A stretch of DNA of 64,000 nucleotides from an uncultured Alphaproteobacteria bacterium (GCA_963781025.1 CAWADU010000001.1:5558-69557); one strand, 5' to 3'; shown: positions 20,053 to 30,104, counted from the first letter of the stretch. The notes: generated by a model not told the origin, from the letters alone. Numbers and translations: made by a program.

Positions 20053-21419
20053 TAGTTGAGGCCATAGGCCTGCGCGATCAACTCAATGGGATGGGCCTGG
20101 CGCGGACGCGCGGCACCTTCGTCCAGTTCCGCCGAAACGAGCTGGCCAAGATGCTTGCAGGCGAGCGGGCAATCGGAACACAGCGTTTCATTGCCCTTCT
20201 GGATAAGCTGACGGGCCGTTGGCTTGCCGACCTTGACGGCGATTGCGTGCGTATCCTTCATTACGCCGAAGGTGCCGCCATGACCGGAACAACGCTCCAC
20301 CAGATCGACCTTCGCATCGGGTATGAGCCGCAGCATCTGAAGCGACTTGGTGCCCATGTTCTGCGCGCGGGCGTGGCAGGCATGATGCAGCGTAACGCTA
20401 GTGGGCAGCGGCGCAAGGCCCGGTGCAAGCCCATGCTCACGCGAGAGTTCGACGACATATTCGCTGATGTCGCGGGTGGCGGCCGCGAGGCGCCTGACGG
20501 CATCGTTTTCCGGCAGCATCAACGGCCATTCGAATTTCATCATCAGCCCGCAGCTCGCGGTCAACGCGACCACGTCATAGCCCTGGTCGACGAGCGGCAG
20601 CAGCTCGGCCGACACCCGTTCGGCCCGTTGCGCGACTTCGGCGAGATCGCCAGCCTCAAGCTGGGGCATGCCGCAGCAAACGGGGTAGGAGAGCATGGTC
20701 TCGACCCCCTGTTTCGCCAGAACCGATACTGCCGCCACAGCCGTTCCGGGGGCATTATAATCTGCAAAGCACGTCGCGTAGATCGCCGCCTTGCGCTTGC
20801 CGAACGCAGGGCCCGCCGGGTCGGGCGACGGCGTCTTCCTGAGCAGATCGCTCGCGGTCTTTCGGTGGAACCGGGGCAGCTCCGCGTCGCGATCGATCCC
20901 CGCGACAGCCTCCATCACCGCGCGGACCGGCTTGTTCTCAACCCTGGCGGCCCAATTGGCGAGGGGCGCGACCGGCTTCGCGAGCTTGCCGTTGCGGTCG
21001 GTCTTGCCAAGCTGCTCGCGGACGAAATCGCCGCCTTCGGCTTTTCGCTTGGCAGCCCGGTGGCGCAGCATGAGATGCGGAAAATCCACATTGAACTCAT
21101 GCGGCGGTACATAGGGGCATTTGGTCATGAAACACATGTCGCAGAGCGTGCATGCGTCGACCACCTGGGCATAGTCGGCCTTTGCAACGCCATCGAGTTC
21201 GCCTGTCGGCCCCTCGTCGATCAGGTCGAACAGGCGTGGGAAGGAATTGCAGAGGTTGAAGCAGCGGCGGCATCCATGACAGATGTCGAACACCCGCTCC
21301 ATCTCCGCCTCAATCGAGGCAAGATCATAGAATTCGGGATCGCGCCACGCGATGGGATGCCGGAAGGGCGCATCCAGGCTGCCCTCGCCGGACCCCGATT
21401 TCTTTGGTGCGTCAGCCAT
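20049..21419 (-). CDS. (Fe-S)-binding protein, heterodisulfide-reductase/GlpC-like with CCG domains
   Basis: 456 aa. Ferredoxin-type Cys clusters (CHGCRRCFNLCNSFP, CTLCDMCFMTKCPYVPP) and two CCG-type repeats (CCGMP, CSGHGG). ATGA overlap with the DUF3501 gene. Confidence 0.88.
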   Translation of the reverse strand: MADAPKKSGSGEGSLDAPFRHPIAWRDPEFYDLASIEAEMERVFDICHGCRRCFNLCNSFPRLFDLIDEGPTGELDGVAKADYAQVVDACTLCDMCFMTKCPYVPPHEFNVDFPHLMLRHRAAKRKAEGGDFVREQLGKTDRNGKLAKPVAPLANWAARVENKPVRAVMEAVAGIDRDAELPRFHRKTASDLLRKTPSPDPAGPAFGKRKAAIYATCFADYNAPGTAVAAVSVLAKQGVETMLSYPVCCGMPQLEAGDLAEVAQRAERVSAELLPLVDQGYDVVALTASCGLMMKFEWPLMLPENDAVRRLAAATRDISEYVVELSREHGLAPGLAPLPTSVTLHHACHARAQNMGTKSLQMLRLIPDAKVDLVERCSGHGGTFGVMKDTHAIAVKVGKPTARQLIQKGNETLCSDCPLACKHLGQLVSAELDEGAARPRQAHPIELIAQAYGLNY

Positions 21420-21470
21420 GGGCCAAGATCACGCCCGATCCGGACCGCAGGCCTTTACGGCGGGCCCGGG

Positions 21471-21896
21471 TCACTGATCCAGTGCATCAAGCGCGCGCTG
21501 GAACCGTCCCGCATGCGACTTTTCAGCCTTGGCCAGCGTTTCGAACCAGTCGGCGATCTCGTCGAAACCTTCGTCGCGGGCGGTGCGCGCCATGCCGGGA
21601 TACATGTCGGTATATTCGTGGGTTTCACCGGCGATTGCCGCCGACAGATTGAGCGAGGTTCCGCCAATCGGCAGGCCGGTGGCGGGATCGCCGACCGCTT
21701 CCAAAAACTCGAGATGGCCATGCGCGTGGCCGGTTTCACCCTCGGCCGTCGACCGGAAAACCGCCGCGACATCGTTGTAGCCCTCGACGTCGGCCTTTTG
21801 CGCGAAATAAAGATAGCGCCGGTTTGCCTGGCTTTCGCCTGCAAAGGCAGCTTTCAGATTTTCGATTGTCTTGCTGTTGGCGAGCGTCATCGACAT
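21471..21896 (-). CDS. rubrerythrin family protein (ferritin-like domain only)
   Basis: 141 aa. [23 protein letters not shown]...[13 protein letters not shown]...[12 protein letters not shown]...AEKSHAGRF gives the four-helix diiron ligand pattern. Confidence 0.92.
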   Translation of the reverse strand: MSMTLANSKTIENLKAAFAGESQANRRYLYFAQKADVEGYNDVAAVFRSTAEGETGHAHGHLEFLEAVGDPATGLPIGGTSLNLSAAIAGETHEYTDMYPGMARTARDEGFDEIADWFETLAKAEKSHAGRFQRALDALDQ

Positions 21897-22019
21897 CCTC
21901 CGATACTGTTATCGTGACCGGAAAAAGCCGAACGCCGGCCACTATCAACGCCGCAACATATGACGCGGAATCTTAGCCGTCCAACCGATTAATTGACTTC
22001 GCGTCATTGGCTGGGTCGA

Positions 22020-22469
22020 TTAGCCAGCTTTTTTCCCTTCAATGACCGCCGAGCCGGGATGGTGCCGGTCGAGGTGGCGGCGGACAATGCGCAGATTGCG
22101 GCTGTTCGAGCGGAAGGCGAAGTCGAACAGATCGCCCGCAAGCGGAATTGCCCCCAGCGCGGTATCGAGCGCGACATTTGCCCCCATGCGGGCAAGATGC
22201 CATTTCGACATGCCGAGATTGCGCGCTTCCCAGATAATATAGCAGGACACCAATGCGGTCAGAACATCGCCGACCACAGGGACCAGTCCGACAATTGCAT
22301 CAAGACCGATCGGACGGTTGATGCCTGGAATGATGAAAGCGCGTTCAAGCACGGCCTCCAGCGCTTCCATGCGGCGGTGGATCGAGACGGGATCGCTTTT
22401 CACCCCGCCGATCAACCGGGTGAACGCATCGACCTGTCGGGGCGTAATCCGTTGTGTGCGGTTCTTCAT
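22020..22469 (-). CDS. DUF4112 domain-containing membrane protein
   Basis: 149 aa. IGLDAIVGLVPVVGDVLTALVSCYIIWEARNLG...GAIPLAGDLFDFAFRSNSRNL. Confidence 0.85.
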   Translation of the reverse strand: MKNRTQRITPRQVDAFTRLIGGVKSDPVSIHRRMEALEAVLERAFIIPGINRPIGLDAIVGLVPVVGDVLTALVSCYIIWEARNLGMSKWHLARMGANVALDTALGAIPLAGDLFDFAFRSNSRNLRIVRRHLDRHHPGSAVIEGKKAG

Positions 22470-22488
22470 GCTGCAAATCTAGGAAGTC

Positions 22489-23826
22489 ATGAAGCATTTG
22501 GTTAGGGGGGCACCTTGTATGCGTCCCAAAACAGTTGGAGTGTCTGTGAAAAGAGTGGCCACGACGATCCTCGGCGCGACTGCCGCTCTTTGTGCCCTGC
22601 TGTGTTTCGCTGCGGCGGTGGTGCTAAGCCGCACAGCCGCGGTGCCGGTCGCGCCTGTTCCCGAAGCGCGCGATGTGCGCGCGGCGGTTGAATTCGCCAG
22701 AATGGGCGAAACGCTCGTGCAGGCGCCGCGGCCCATTGCGTTCCGGCTGCCGCAACGCTGGCTGGAAGGCGTCCACCGGCTGGTCAGCCATGCAAAGCCG
22801 AACCTTGGCGTGGATGCATCGATCGATGCGAGGGGCGCCACATTCCGGCTTTCAAAGCGCTTGATGCGAAATGGCTGGCTCAATCTTGCCGTCCGGCTGG
22901 ACCAATCGGCGGACGGGAAGGCGCCGTCGCTTTCCCTTGTTGTCGGCGGCTGGCATGTACCCGACGCATTGACCGCCTCGCTGTTGCGGGTTGGCCTGCC
23001 TCTGCTGCGCGCCGATGGCCAACGGCTGACAAGGCTGTCTGACATCGTTCCCCAGTTCCGCGTCGACGGAGACGGCCTGCAACTGACCGCCATGCTCCCC
23101 AAGAATTTGATCGGCGGCTTGCAGGCGGTGCTCAGTCCGGGGCCGGGAACGATGGTCGATATGTCGCTTGCCCGCTCATTCTATGGCGATCTGCTAGGGT
23201 ACGTCCTGTTGCACCCGGACAGCGATTATCCGCACATCATTCGTCACGTCACCGAGCATGTGCGCTCTCAGGATGATCTGAAGGCGGCGGTCGTCGCGCT
23301 GACCATGTTTGTCGACGGCCCCCGCGTTCGTCGTCTGGGCGGCGAAAGGACATCAACCCCACCCTGTCCGTTGCAAGCGCAGACGGTGTTCATCCATGGG
23401 CGCGACGATCTGCCCAAGCACTGGACCATTTCCGCCGCGCTGGCCCTGTTCCTGAACCAGCGGACGGCCCGCGCGATCGGGCTATGGAAGGAACTCGACG
23501 ACAGCCTGCTGGGAGGCGATGGCCTTGCCACCGGGTCCGGCTTTTCCTTTGTGGATCTGGGTGCGGATACAGCCGGGATTGCGGTCGGCATGGCCGCACG
23601 CGACGGTAAGGGGTTCGATGCCGTCCTGGCCGGTCTTCGGTCGGGCAAGGCGGACACGATCCTGCCGCCCGGCACATTGCGCCTGCCCGAAGGCGTGCCG
23701 CTCGCGCAATTCCAGCAGCAATATGGACCGCTTGAGCAGCCGCGCATGCTGCAGGCGGAGCAACGCATTCACGCCATCCTGCGCCAGTCGCCGCTCTACC
23801 GGCTGTCCTTCCCCGACACGCCCTGA
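22489..23826 (+). CDS. hypothetical membrane-anchored protein (445 aa), no family recognised
   Basis: Long ORF with an N-terminal TM/signal anchor (ATTILGATAALCALLCFAAAVVL). Only 19 bp from the divergent DUF4112 start, so an internal start such as ATG 22519 is possible. The 3' end overlaps the convergent SBP gene by 31 nt. Confidence 0.7.
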   Translation: MKHLVRGAPCMRPKTVGVSVKRVATTILGATAALCALLCFAAAVVLSRTAAVPVAPVPEARDVRAAVEFARMGETLVQAPRPIAFRLPQRWLEGVHRLVSHAKPNLGVDASIDARGATFRLSKRLMRNGWLNLAVRLDQSADGKAPSLSLVVGGWHVPDALTASLLRVGLPLLRADGQRLTRLSDIVPQFRVDGDGLQLTAMLPKNLIGGLQAVLSPGPGTMVDMSLARSFYGDLLGYVLLHPDSDYPHIIRHVTEHVRSQDDLKAAVVALTMFVDGPRVRRLGGERTSTPPCPLQAQTVFIHGRDDLPKHWTISAALALFLNQRTARAIGLWKELDDSLLGGDGLATGSGFSFVDLGADTAGIAVGMAARDGKGFDAVLAGLRSGKADTILPPGTLRLPEGVPLAQFQQQYGPLEQPRMLQAEQRIHAILRQSPLYRLSFPDTP

Positions 23827-25340
23827 GCACCGATGACCGACAGGGCGGCCAGCGGATGTTGCGCCATTGCATTGTCCGACCACCCCAGCACAGCGGGATC
23901 GATCATGGACCAGCGTATGGGCGTGAAAAGCGGGATGGTCGGCTCGTCGAGGACAAGGAGTTCTTCGACGTCGGCAAGCGCTTTTTTGCGGCGGTTGGCG
24001 TCCTGCGCGTCGCGCGCGGCATCAAGAAGCGCATCGACCCGGGGGTTGCAATAGGCTTTTTTCCGGCATCGGAACTGGTTGAGGAACCAGGTGGCGTTGT
24101 CGGCCGGGGCAACCGTCTCGAACACCTCGAGGTCGGCATCGGGCGCGTCTTCCGGCACGGCCTGCGTCTTCACGCCGAGCTGAGCCCAGGACGCCGCCAC
24201 CTGCTGCAGAATGACGGCATGGCCGGGTGCCTTGGGAAGGGCGACGCGTAGTAGCAGCGGTTTGCCGTCAAGATCGCCGCGCGCCGAACGCATCAGCGTT
24301 TGGGCATCGCGGATACGATCGTCCATTGATTTGCCGGTCCATTCGGCGGCCGCCGGTTGCGGCTGTTCCGACAATCCCCAGGAAAGGACGCCATAGACGG
24401 GCGACGCCGTGCCTGCCCCGGTGGCGCCCGACAAGGCTTCGCGGTTGATCACCATGGCAAGCGCCTGGCGGACGCGCGGGTCGCCGAGCGGGCCGTCCAG
24501 CCTCACCGGCCGATAGCCATAGATCCCGCGCACCGGATCCAACTGCAAAAAACGGTCCAGCGCGGCCGCGCGTGCCAACTGGAAGTCTCCGGTCGTTCCA
24601 CCCAGAAGGACTTGTGCGCGTTCGCGTTTGAACCTTTGCAGCGCAGCGGCCACGTCCGTTTCGGGCGATAACCTGATGCTGCTCAGCTGAACGGACCCCG
24701 GATCGCTGAAATAGGCGTTGGGAACCAGTGTCACCTGATCGTCCGCCTTGCGCGTGAACCGGAATGGTCCCAGCGCGAATTTGGACATATTGCGATCGGC
24801 AATGCCCATCGCCGGTTGAGCGATCACCTGCAGAAGGCTTGGGCGCGGCGCGCTCAGCCTGATCTCGACAGCCTCGGGGATGGGCGAGGAGACGCCAAGG
24901 GTGTTCGGCGGCTTCTTGCCGGACGCGATATCTTCGCCATTTTCGATCACCGCGAGCAGCGACTTGAACGGGTGGTGGCTGTCGGGGGCCAGCACGGCCC
25001 GGAACAATCGCACGAAGTCATTGCCCGTCACGGCGCGCCCGTCCGACCACTGCGTCTTGCGAAGCCGGAAGATGATCGAACGTCCGTCGTCGCTCACGCG
25101 CCAGGAGGTGGCGACATCGGGCACGACCTGGCCGTTGCCGTCCAGTTTGACCAGGCCTCGCGAAACGGCGCCCGCCACCAGTTCCGGCAGGAGCGGCCAA
25201 TCGCCCCGCAGCGGTTCGAATACGGTTACATCCGGGCTTATCGCGATCACATCCAGCTTTGCCGTCGATGATTCCGTATCGTCGCTCCCGCTGCAGGCCG
25301 CGAGAATGGCAAGGAAGGCAAGGGGAAGGCGCTGGATCAT
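23796..25340 (-). CDS. ABC transporter substrate-binding protein, family 5 (peptide/nickel type), lipoprotein
   Basis: 514 aa with lipobox LAILAACSG and SBP_bac_5-like sequence throughout. Confidence 0.85.
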   Translation of the reverse strand: MIQRLPLAFLAILAACSGSDDTESSTAKLDVIAISPDVTVFEPLRGDWPLLPELVAGAVSRGLVKLDGNGQVVPDVATSWRVSDDGRSIIFRLRKTQWSDGRAVTGNDFVRLFRAVLAPDSHHPFKSLLAVIENGEDIASGKKPPNTLGVSSPIPEAVEIRLSAPRPSLLQVIAQPAMGIADRNMSKFALGPFRFTRKADDQVTLVPNAYFSDPGSVQLSSIRLSPETDVAAALQRFKRERAQVLLGGTTGDFQLARAAALDRFLQLDPVRGIYGYRPVRLDGPLGDPRVRQALAMVINREALSGATGAGTASPVYGVLSWGLSEQPQPAAAEWTGKSMDDRIRDAQTLMRSARGDLDGKPLLLRVALPKAPGHAVILQQVAASWAQLGVKTQAVPEDAPDADLEVFETVAPADNATWFLNQFRCRKKAYCNPRVDALLDAARDAQDANRRKKALADVEELLVLDEPTIPLFTPIRWSMIDPAVLGWSDNAMAQHPLAALSVIGAQGVSGKDSR

Positions 25341-26932
25341 GAACCCTTTAGGTATAGCGTTCGCGACGGGTGGACGTTCGCCAGATTGTTTTGCCAGCCG
25401 CGCACCCGATGCCCTACCAGATTCTTTGTGACATAATCATAAATGGGCAAGATCGGCGCATCTGCCATCAGCACCGTTTCGGCTTTTTTCATGTCCGCCA
25501 TGCGTTGGGACGAAACCGCGGTTGCAAGGGCGTGTTGAAGCAGCCGGTCGAACCGGGGGCTGCGATAGCCCGAATAGTTGCTGCCTCCCGCATCGTCACG
25601 ATAGACGCCGAGGAAATTTTCGGGGGCCGACAGGTCGCCGATCCAGCTTGCGCGGGCGAGATCGAAATCGCCGCGCCTCAGGCTGGCAAAATGCAGTGTC
25701 GCTTCGGTGTTGAGGAGCGTCGCCCTGACCGGCAGGCCCCGCCAGTTGTCGAGCAGCGCCAACGCCACCCGTTTGTGGTCGACATCGCTGTTGAACCGGA
25801 TTTCGAAACGCAACGGCCGCGCAGCGCCGTACCCGGCCATGGCCAGCAGTTGTCGCGCGACCGCAAGCCGCCGGTCATGCGGCCAGTTCCACCATATGGG
25901 GCGATAGGCCTTTTCATAGCCGGGCAGTCCGGGCGGCACCACGCCCCAGGCGGGAGGGTTGCCGATGGCCAGCAAGCGTTCGGCAATCGCCCGGCGTTCG
26001 GTCAACAGATTGAGCGCCACCCGCACGCGACGGTCGTTGAATGGCGGCCTTCGCGTGTTGAAGACGAAAAAAAAGGAACCGCGATACGGTGCGACCTGCG
26101 CTGCGCCGGGGTAATGCCGGTCGAGCCATGCCTTGCGTTCCGCCGGGAAGTCGCCGACCAAATCGGCTTCGCCCGCGCGAAACTGCCGGAACGCGCTTTG
26201 CCGGTCATCCACGGGCTTCCAATCGACTATCGCGATGGCTGGCGGCGGATCATGCCAGCGAGGATTTCGGATGAGCCGCAGACGGTCGTGCAGCGACCAT
26301 CGGGCAAGCCGATATGCGCCTGAGGTGACGAGCGGACGGTCACCGGTCCAGCGATCGCCCCTGTCGGCAATGCGGTGCATGGGGAGCGCCGCAAGCGCCG
26401 GATGGGCCAATAATTCGGGCAGGGCGGGAAACGGATAGCGCAGCTCGATCGTCACGACGCCTCGGGCGGGGGCTTGCAGCCGCGCGACGACGTCAAACAA
26501 TCCGGCATTGGGCGACACTGTTGCCGGATCACGCAAGCGGCGGAGCACCTCGACGAAAGTCGCCGCCGTAATTGGTGTACCGTCCGAAAAGCGCAGGTCG
26601 GGGCGCAGCACGAAGCGCCAGCTCAGTCCCTTGGCATCATGTGTCCATGACGCGGCGAGTCCGGGCTCTACCGTTCCGTCGGCGCGATAGCGCGTCAGTC
26701 CTTCGAATTGATCGGCTGCGACCCGTTGCGATGTCAGGTCCGATACCTTTTGGGGATCGAGGCCCTTTACCTCGTCATCCGAAAGCCGCACGAGCCGGCT
26801 GCTTTCGGCGGGCTCGGGGCCAGAGGTGCTGGAACATGCCGAGGCCAGCAGGATTGCCGTGGCGACGGCAGGCCTCCTCAATACCTTCAAACTCCATGTC
26901 GTGAACCGGCGTGGCGGCATCCAGAATTCCAT
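25337..26932 (-). CDS. ABC transporter substrate-binding protein, family 5
   Basis: 531 aa with signal/lipobox ILLASACSS. Paralogous in architecture to the downstream SBP, with a 4-nt overlap. Confidence 0.85.
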   Translation of the reverse strand: MEFWMPPRRFTTWSLKVLRRPAVATAILLASACSSTSGPEPAESSRLVRLSDDEVKGLDPQKVSDLTSQRVAADQFEGLTRYRADGTVEPGLAASWTHDAKGLSWRFVLRPDLRFSDGTPITAATFVEVLRRLRDPATVSPNAGLFDVVARLQAPARGVVTIELRYPFPALPELLAHPALAALPMHRIADRGDRWTGDRPLVTSGAYRLARWSLHDRLRLIRNPRWHDPPPAIAIVDWKPVDDRQSAFRQFRAGEADLVGDFPAERKAWLDRHYPGAAQVAPYRGSFFFVFNTRRPPFNDRRVRVALNLLTERRAIAERLLAIGNPPAWGVVPPGLPGYEKAYRPIWWNWPHDRRLAVARQLLAMAGYGAARPLRFEIRFNSDVDHKRVALALLDNWRGLPVRATLLNTEATLHFASLRRGDFDLARASWIGDLSAPENFLGVYRDDAGGSNYSGYRSPRFDRLLQHALATAVSSQRMADMKKAETVLMADAPILPIYDYVTKNLVGHRVRGWQNNLANVHPSRTLYLKGS

Positions 26933-26952
26933 CCGTCCTGCAAACCGGGCTT

Positions 26953-28483
26953 TTAGTCAGCCATGGCCATCGCTTCCGTCGTATCGCCCAGTGTCGTTGG
27001 CTTCCGGACCAACAATATCAGCGGAATGGTGATGACCGTGGCCCAGAACATGAGATAGAAATCGTCGATATAAGCGATCATCAAAGCTTGGCGATTGATT
27101 TCCACATCCAGCATTTGAAGCGCGGCATTGCCGATCCGCTGAACGATCATCGAGTCGAACCAGGGCATAGACAGCTTCGTGAAATGCTGGGCCAGGTCGC
27201 TGTGGCTCACCTGCGCGTTGCGGACCAGGAGCGCGCTGCCTATCGATATCGCGACTGATCCGCCAAGGGTTCTCACCAGGCTGTACATAGCGGTGCCGTC
27301 GGTCCGCAGTTTGTCGGACAGCGTTGAGAAGGCATAAAGGTTGAGCGGCATGAACGTTAAGCCGAAGCCGAGCCCCTGGATAACGCCAGAGACAATGATC
27401 GGTGTGCGGTCCATTTCCAGCGAAAAGCCGGACATCATCCATAGCGAGATAGCCGAACATGCCAGCCCGACCGCCACCAATATCCTGCCATCCATATGTT
27501 TGATGAGCCGGCCGGCGAGCATCATCGACGCGAGAGTCCCCAGGCCTCGCGGCATCGAGACCACGCCGGCATCCGTCGCGCTGTATCCCATCAGGGTCTG
27601 AAGCATGGGCGCGAGCAAGGCCGATCCGGCCATCAACACGCCACTGGTGATCGTAATATAGATCAGGGCGATGGAAAAATTCGGATCCTTGAAAAGGCTC
27701 AGATGAACAAGGGGGTCCCTTACGGTCAGCGTGTGGACCCCGAATATCCAGAGGGCGATTATGGCGAGTTCGAGCTCGATGCGGATTTCCCAGGAGTTCG
27801 AACCAGTCGAGCTGGGATCCCCGGTCCAGCATGAGCTGAAATGCCGACAGCGCGATGCCCAGCATGATGAAGCCAGTCATGTCGAACTTGCGATCCTGTC
27901 GTTCGCCGTGCGGCATTAACGCGGTCAATGCGGTGGCGAGGATTCCGAAAGGCAGGTTGATGAAGAACACGTAACGCCAGTCGAACGAGTCCGTCAGCCA
28001 GCCGCCCACTACCGGCCCCATGATCGGGCCGATCATCACGCCCATGCCCCAGATCGTCATTGCCTGCGCATGTTTTTCGCGCGGATAGATGTTGTACATG
28101 ACCGCCTGGCTGAGGGGCACGAGGAACGCGCCGAAGCATCCCTGGAGCAGGCGGAATATCACCATCTCCGTAAGCGATCCGGCAAAGCCGCATGCCATGG
28201 AGGCCAGGGTAAAGCCCAGCGTGGCCGCGAGGAACAGGCGCCGAGGGCCATAGCGTGCAGAGAGCCAGCCGGTAAGCGGCATCGAGATTGCCGCAGCGAT
28301 GATATAGGATGTGAGTACCCAGGCCACCGATTCCTGGGTCGCGCCCAGCGTTGCCTGCATGTGCGGCAGCGCGACATTGGCGATGGTCTGATCAAGGACC
28401 TGCATCAGCGTCGCCGCCATGATGCCGATGGTGATCAGCGCCCGCCGTCCGGAAGGCAATGATGTTGTACCCGTATCTGCCAC
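26953..28483 (-). pseudogene. EmrB/QacA (DHA2) family MFS efflux transporter, disrupted by a single-base frameshift near 27795
   Basis: The N-terminal about 235 aa of ORF 26957..28483 is good DHA2 sequence up to ...DRGSQLDWFE. The other frame (track ORF 26953..27639) continues it as WEIRIELELAIIALWIFGVHTLTVRDPLVHLSLFKDPNFSIALIYITITSGVLMAGSALLAPMLQ... to the stop at 26953. The junction is ttcgaaCtcctgggaa. Confidence 0.85.
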
Positions 28484-28631
28484 TATGCGAACTCCAGTAG
28501 GGTCGAGACCTATGCCCCTGGGTTTCGCCTTTCAACCTTGCAGATGCGTATTGGAGCGGGAGGGAAGAATTTGGGCTGGCATCGCTTGCAGCCGAAGCTT
28601 AAGCGCCCATCATTAATCGAGGAGAAAAAGA

Positions 28632-29069
28632 ATGTCCGATGCTGAAAATACGCTGATCTTCACGCTGGACGGCGGCGACGTGACGATCAAGCTTCGTCCC
28701 GACCTCGCGCCCGGCCATGTCGAGCGCATCAAGGAGCTGACCCGCGAAGGATTTTACGACGATGTCGTCTTTCACCGGGTCATCGGCGGTTTCATGGCGC
28801 AGGGCGGCGATCCGACCGGCACCGGCACGGGCGGCTCCGACAAGCCGGATCTGAAGTCGGAGTTTTCATCGGAACCGCACGTTCGCGGCGTCTGTTCGAT
28901 GGCGCGCACCGCCAATCCGCACTCAGCGAACAGCCAGTTCTTCATCTGCTTCGATGACGCGACCTTCCTTGACCGCCAATACACGGTCTGGGGCGAAGTC
29001 ACTTCGGGCATGGAGCATGTCGACGCATTGCCGAAGGGCGAGCCCCCGGCAAATCCTGGAAAGATTTAG
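28632..29069 (+). CDS. peptidylprolyl isomerase, cyclophilin type
   Basis: 145 aa. FHRVIGGFMAQGGDPTGTGTGGS...MARTANPHSANSQFFICF. Confidence 0.93.
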   Translation: MSDAENTLIFTLDGGDVTIKLRPDLAPGHVERIKELTREGFYDDVVFHRVIGGFMAQGGDPTGTGTGGSDKPDLKSEFSSEPHVRGVCSMARTANPHSANSQFFICFDDATFLDRQYTVWGEVTSGMEHVDALPKGEPPANPGKI

Positions 29070-29983
29070 AAGGCCCGCATCGCCGCTGATTCCTGAGCGG
29101 GAAGGTCCTCCTGGGAGGGGAATTCCTCGAACAACCAGTTGTGAAACAGGCGGACGGCCCTGGAGGACATGGCCGTCTGCCTGCAAACGAACCAATATTC
29201 GTACGGGCTGTCGACGGTAACGTTGAAAAGCGGCTGCAGCCGCTCATCGTCCCGCAGCAAAGTGTCGAGCATGAACGCGATTCCCATGCCGCTCGCCGCC
29301 GCGTCCAGGATCAACTGGCCGCTGTCGAACTGGATGGTATCCGCCGCACGTACGGCCGGCAGATTCTGGGCCTCGAACCAGTGGCTGACGACCTGCGGCA
29401 TGTCGCGATGAACGAGGAACGTATGCCGGCGGAGGTCCGCGATTGACTTCGGGGCCGTGCCGCTCCTGACCATATCCTTGGATGCGGCAACGACGATATG
29501 GTTGTGGCCGATCTTCCGTGCATGGAACCGTGGGTCGATTTCCTGGGCAAGCGTGATCGCCGCGTCCAGCCCTTCACCCAGCCGGCCGATGGGGGCGGGC
29601 GCTGTATCGATATCCAGATGAAGTTCTGGGTGCATTTCCCGCAATCGTGGCAAATGCGGCATTAGCACGTGCGAAGCGAAAAGCGGCATCACGCCAAGGC
29701 GCAGACGCAGCTCCGCCGTACCGCCAAATTTCTCGAAAACCATGCTCAGGTCATCGATGATGGGAGCAAGCGCATCGAGCAGTCTTTCGCCTGCGATGGT
29801 TAACACCAAAGACTGGTGCTTGCGTTCGAAAAGCGCCTCTCCCAAACGGTTTTCGAGGGTTTGCACCCGCCTGCTGAGCGCAGAGGGCGACAGCGCCAGT
29901 GTCTCGGCTGCGTTCTTGATCGAACCCAGCCGGGCAACAATGACAAAAGCCTCTATCGAGCCGAGTGGAGGTAGTCTCAACAT
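29066..29983 (-). CDS. LysR family transcriptional regulator
   Basis: 305 aa. N-terminal wHTH (LGSIEAFVIVARLGSIKNAAETLALSPSALSRRVQTLE) plus a LysR substrate-binding domain. Confidence 0.9.
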   Translation of the reverse strand: MLRLPPLGSIEAFVIVARLGSIKNAAETLALSPSALSRRVQTLENRLGEALFERKHQSLVLTIAGERLLDALAPIIDDLSMVFEKFGGTAELRLRLGVMPLFASHVLMPHLPRLREMHPELHLDIDTAPAPIGRLGEGLDAAITLAQEIDPRFHARKIGHNHIVVAASKDMVRSGTAPKSIADLRRHTFLVHRDMPQVVSHWFEAQNLPAVRAADTIQFDSGQLILDAAASGMGIAFMLDTLLRDDERLQPLFNVTVDSPYEYWFVCRQTAMSSRAVRLFHNWLFEEFPSQEDLPAQESAAMRAF

Positions 29984-30073
29984 CTACAATCGTCCGAATT
30001 ACGCCGCACTGCAATATAAGACATCAATTCCCGAAATCAAAAAACGCCCATATGCAGGGGGTTGCTGGTTGCA

Positions 30074-30104
30074 TTTTTTGCAGCCGCTGTCAAGTTTTTT
30101 GCAG
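30074..30104 (+). repeat. direct repeat TTTTTTGCAG x2 with 21-bp spacing (candidate regulator binding sites)
   Basis: Copies at 30074-30083 and 30095-30104, in the LysR / CDC48-like intergenic region. Confidence 0.5.

Noticed and set aside
20091-21917. 608-aa plus-strand ORF spanning the CCG-FeS and rubrerythrin genes.
   Set aside because: It is antisense to two well-supported genes and crosses their intergenic gap. The composition is nonsense-like, so it is a shadow ORF.
30066-30083. Sigma-54 promoter (cTGGttgcattttttGCa) upstream of the candidate sRNA and the ATPase.
   Set aside because: The GG-to-GC spacing is 11 nt rather than the canonical 10, the flanks do not match TGGCAC-N5-TTGCW, and no enhancer-binding protein gene is nearby.
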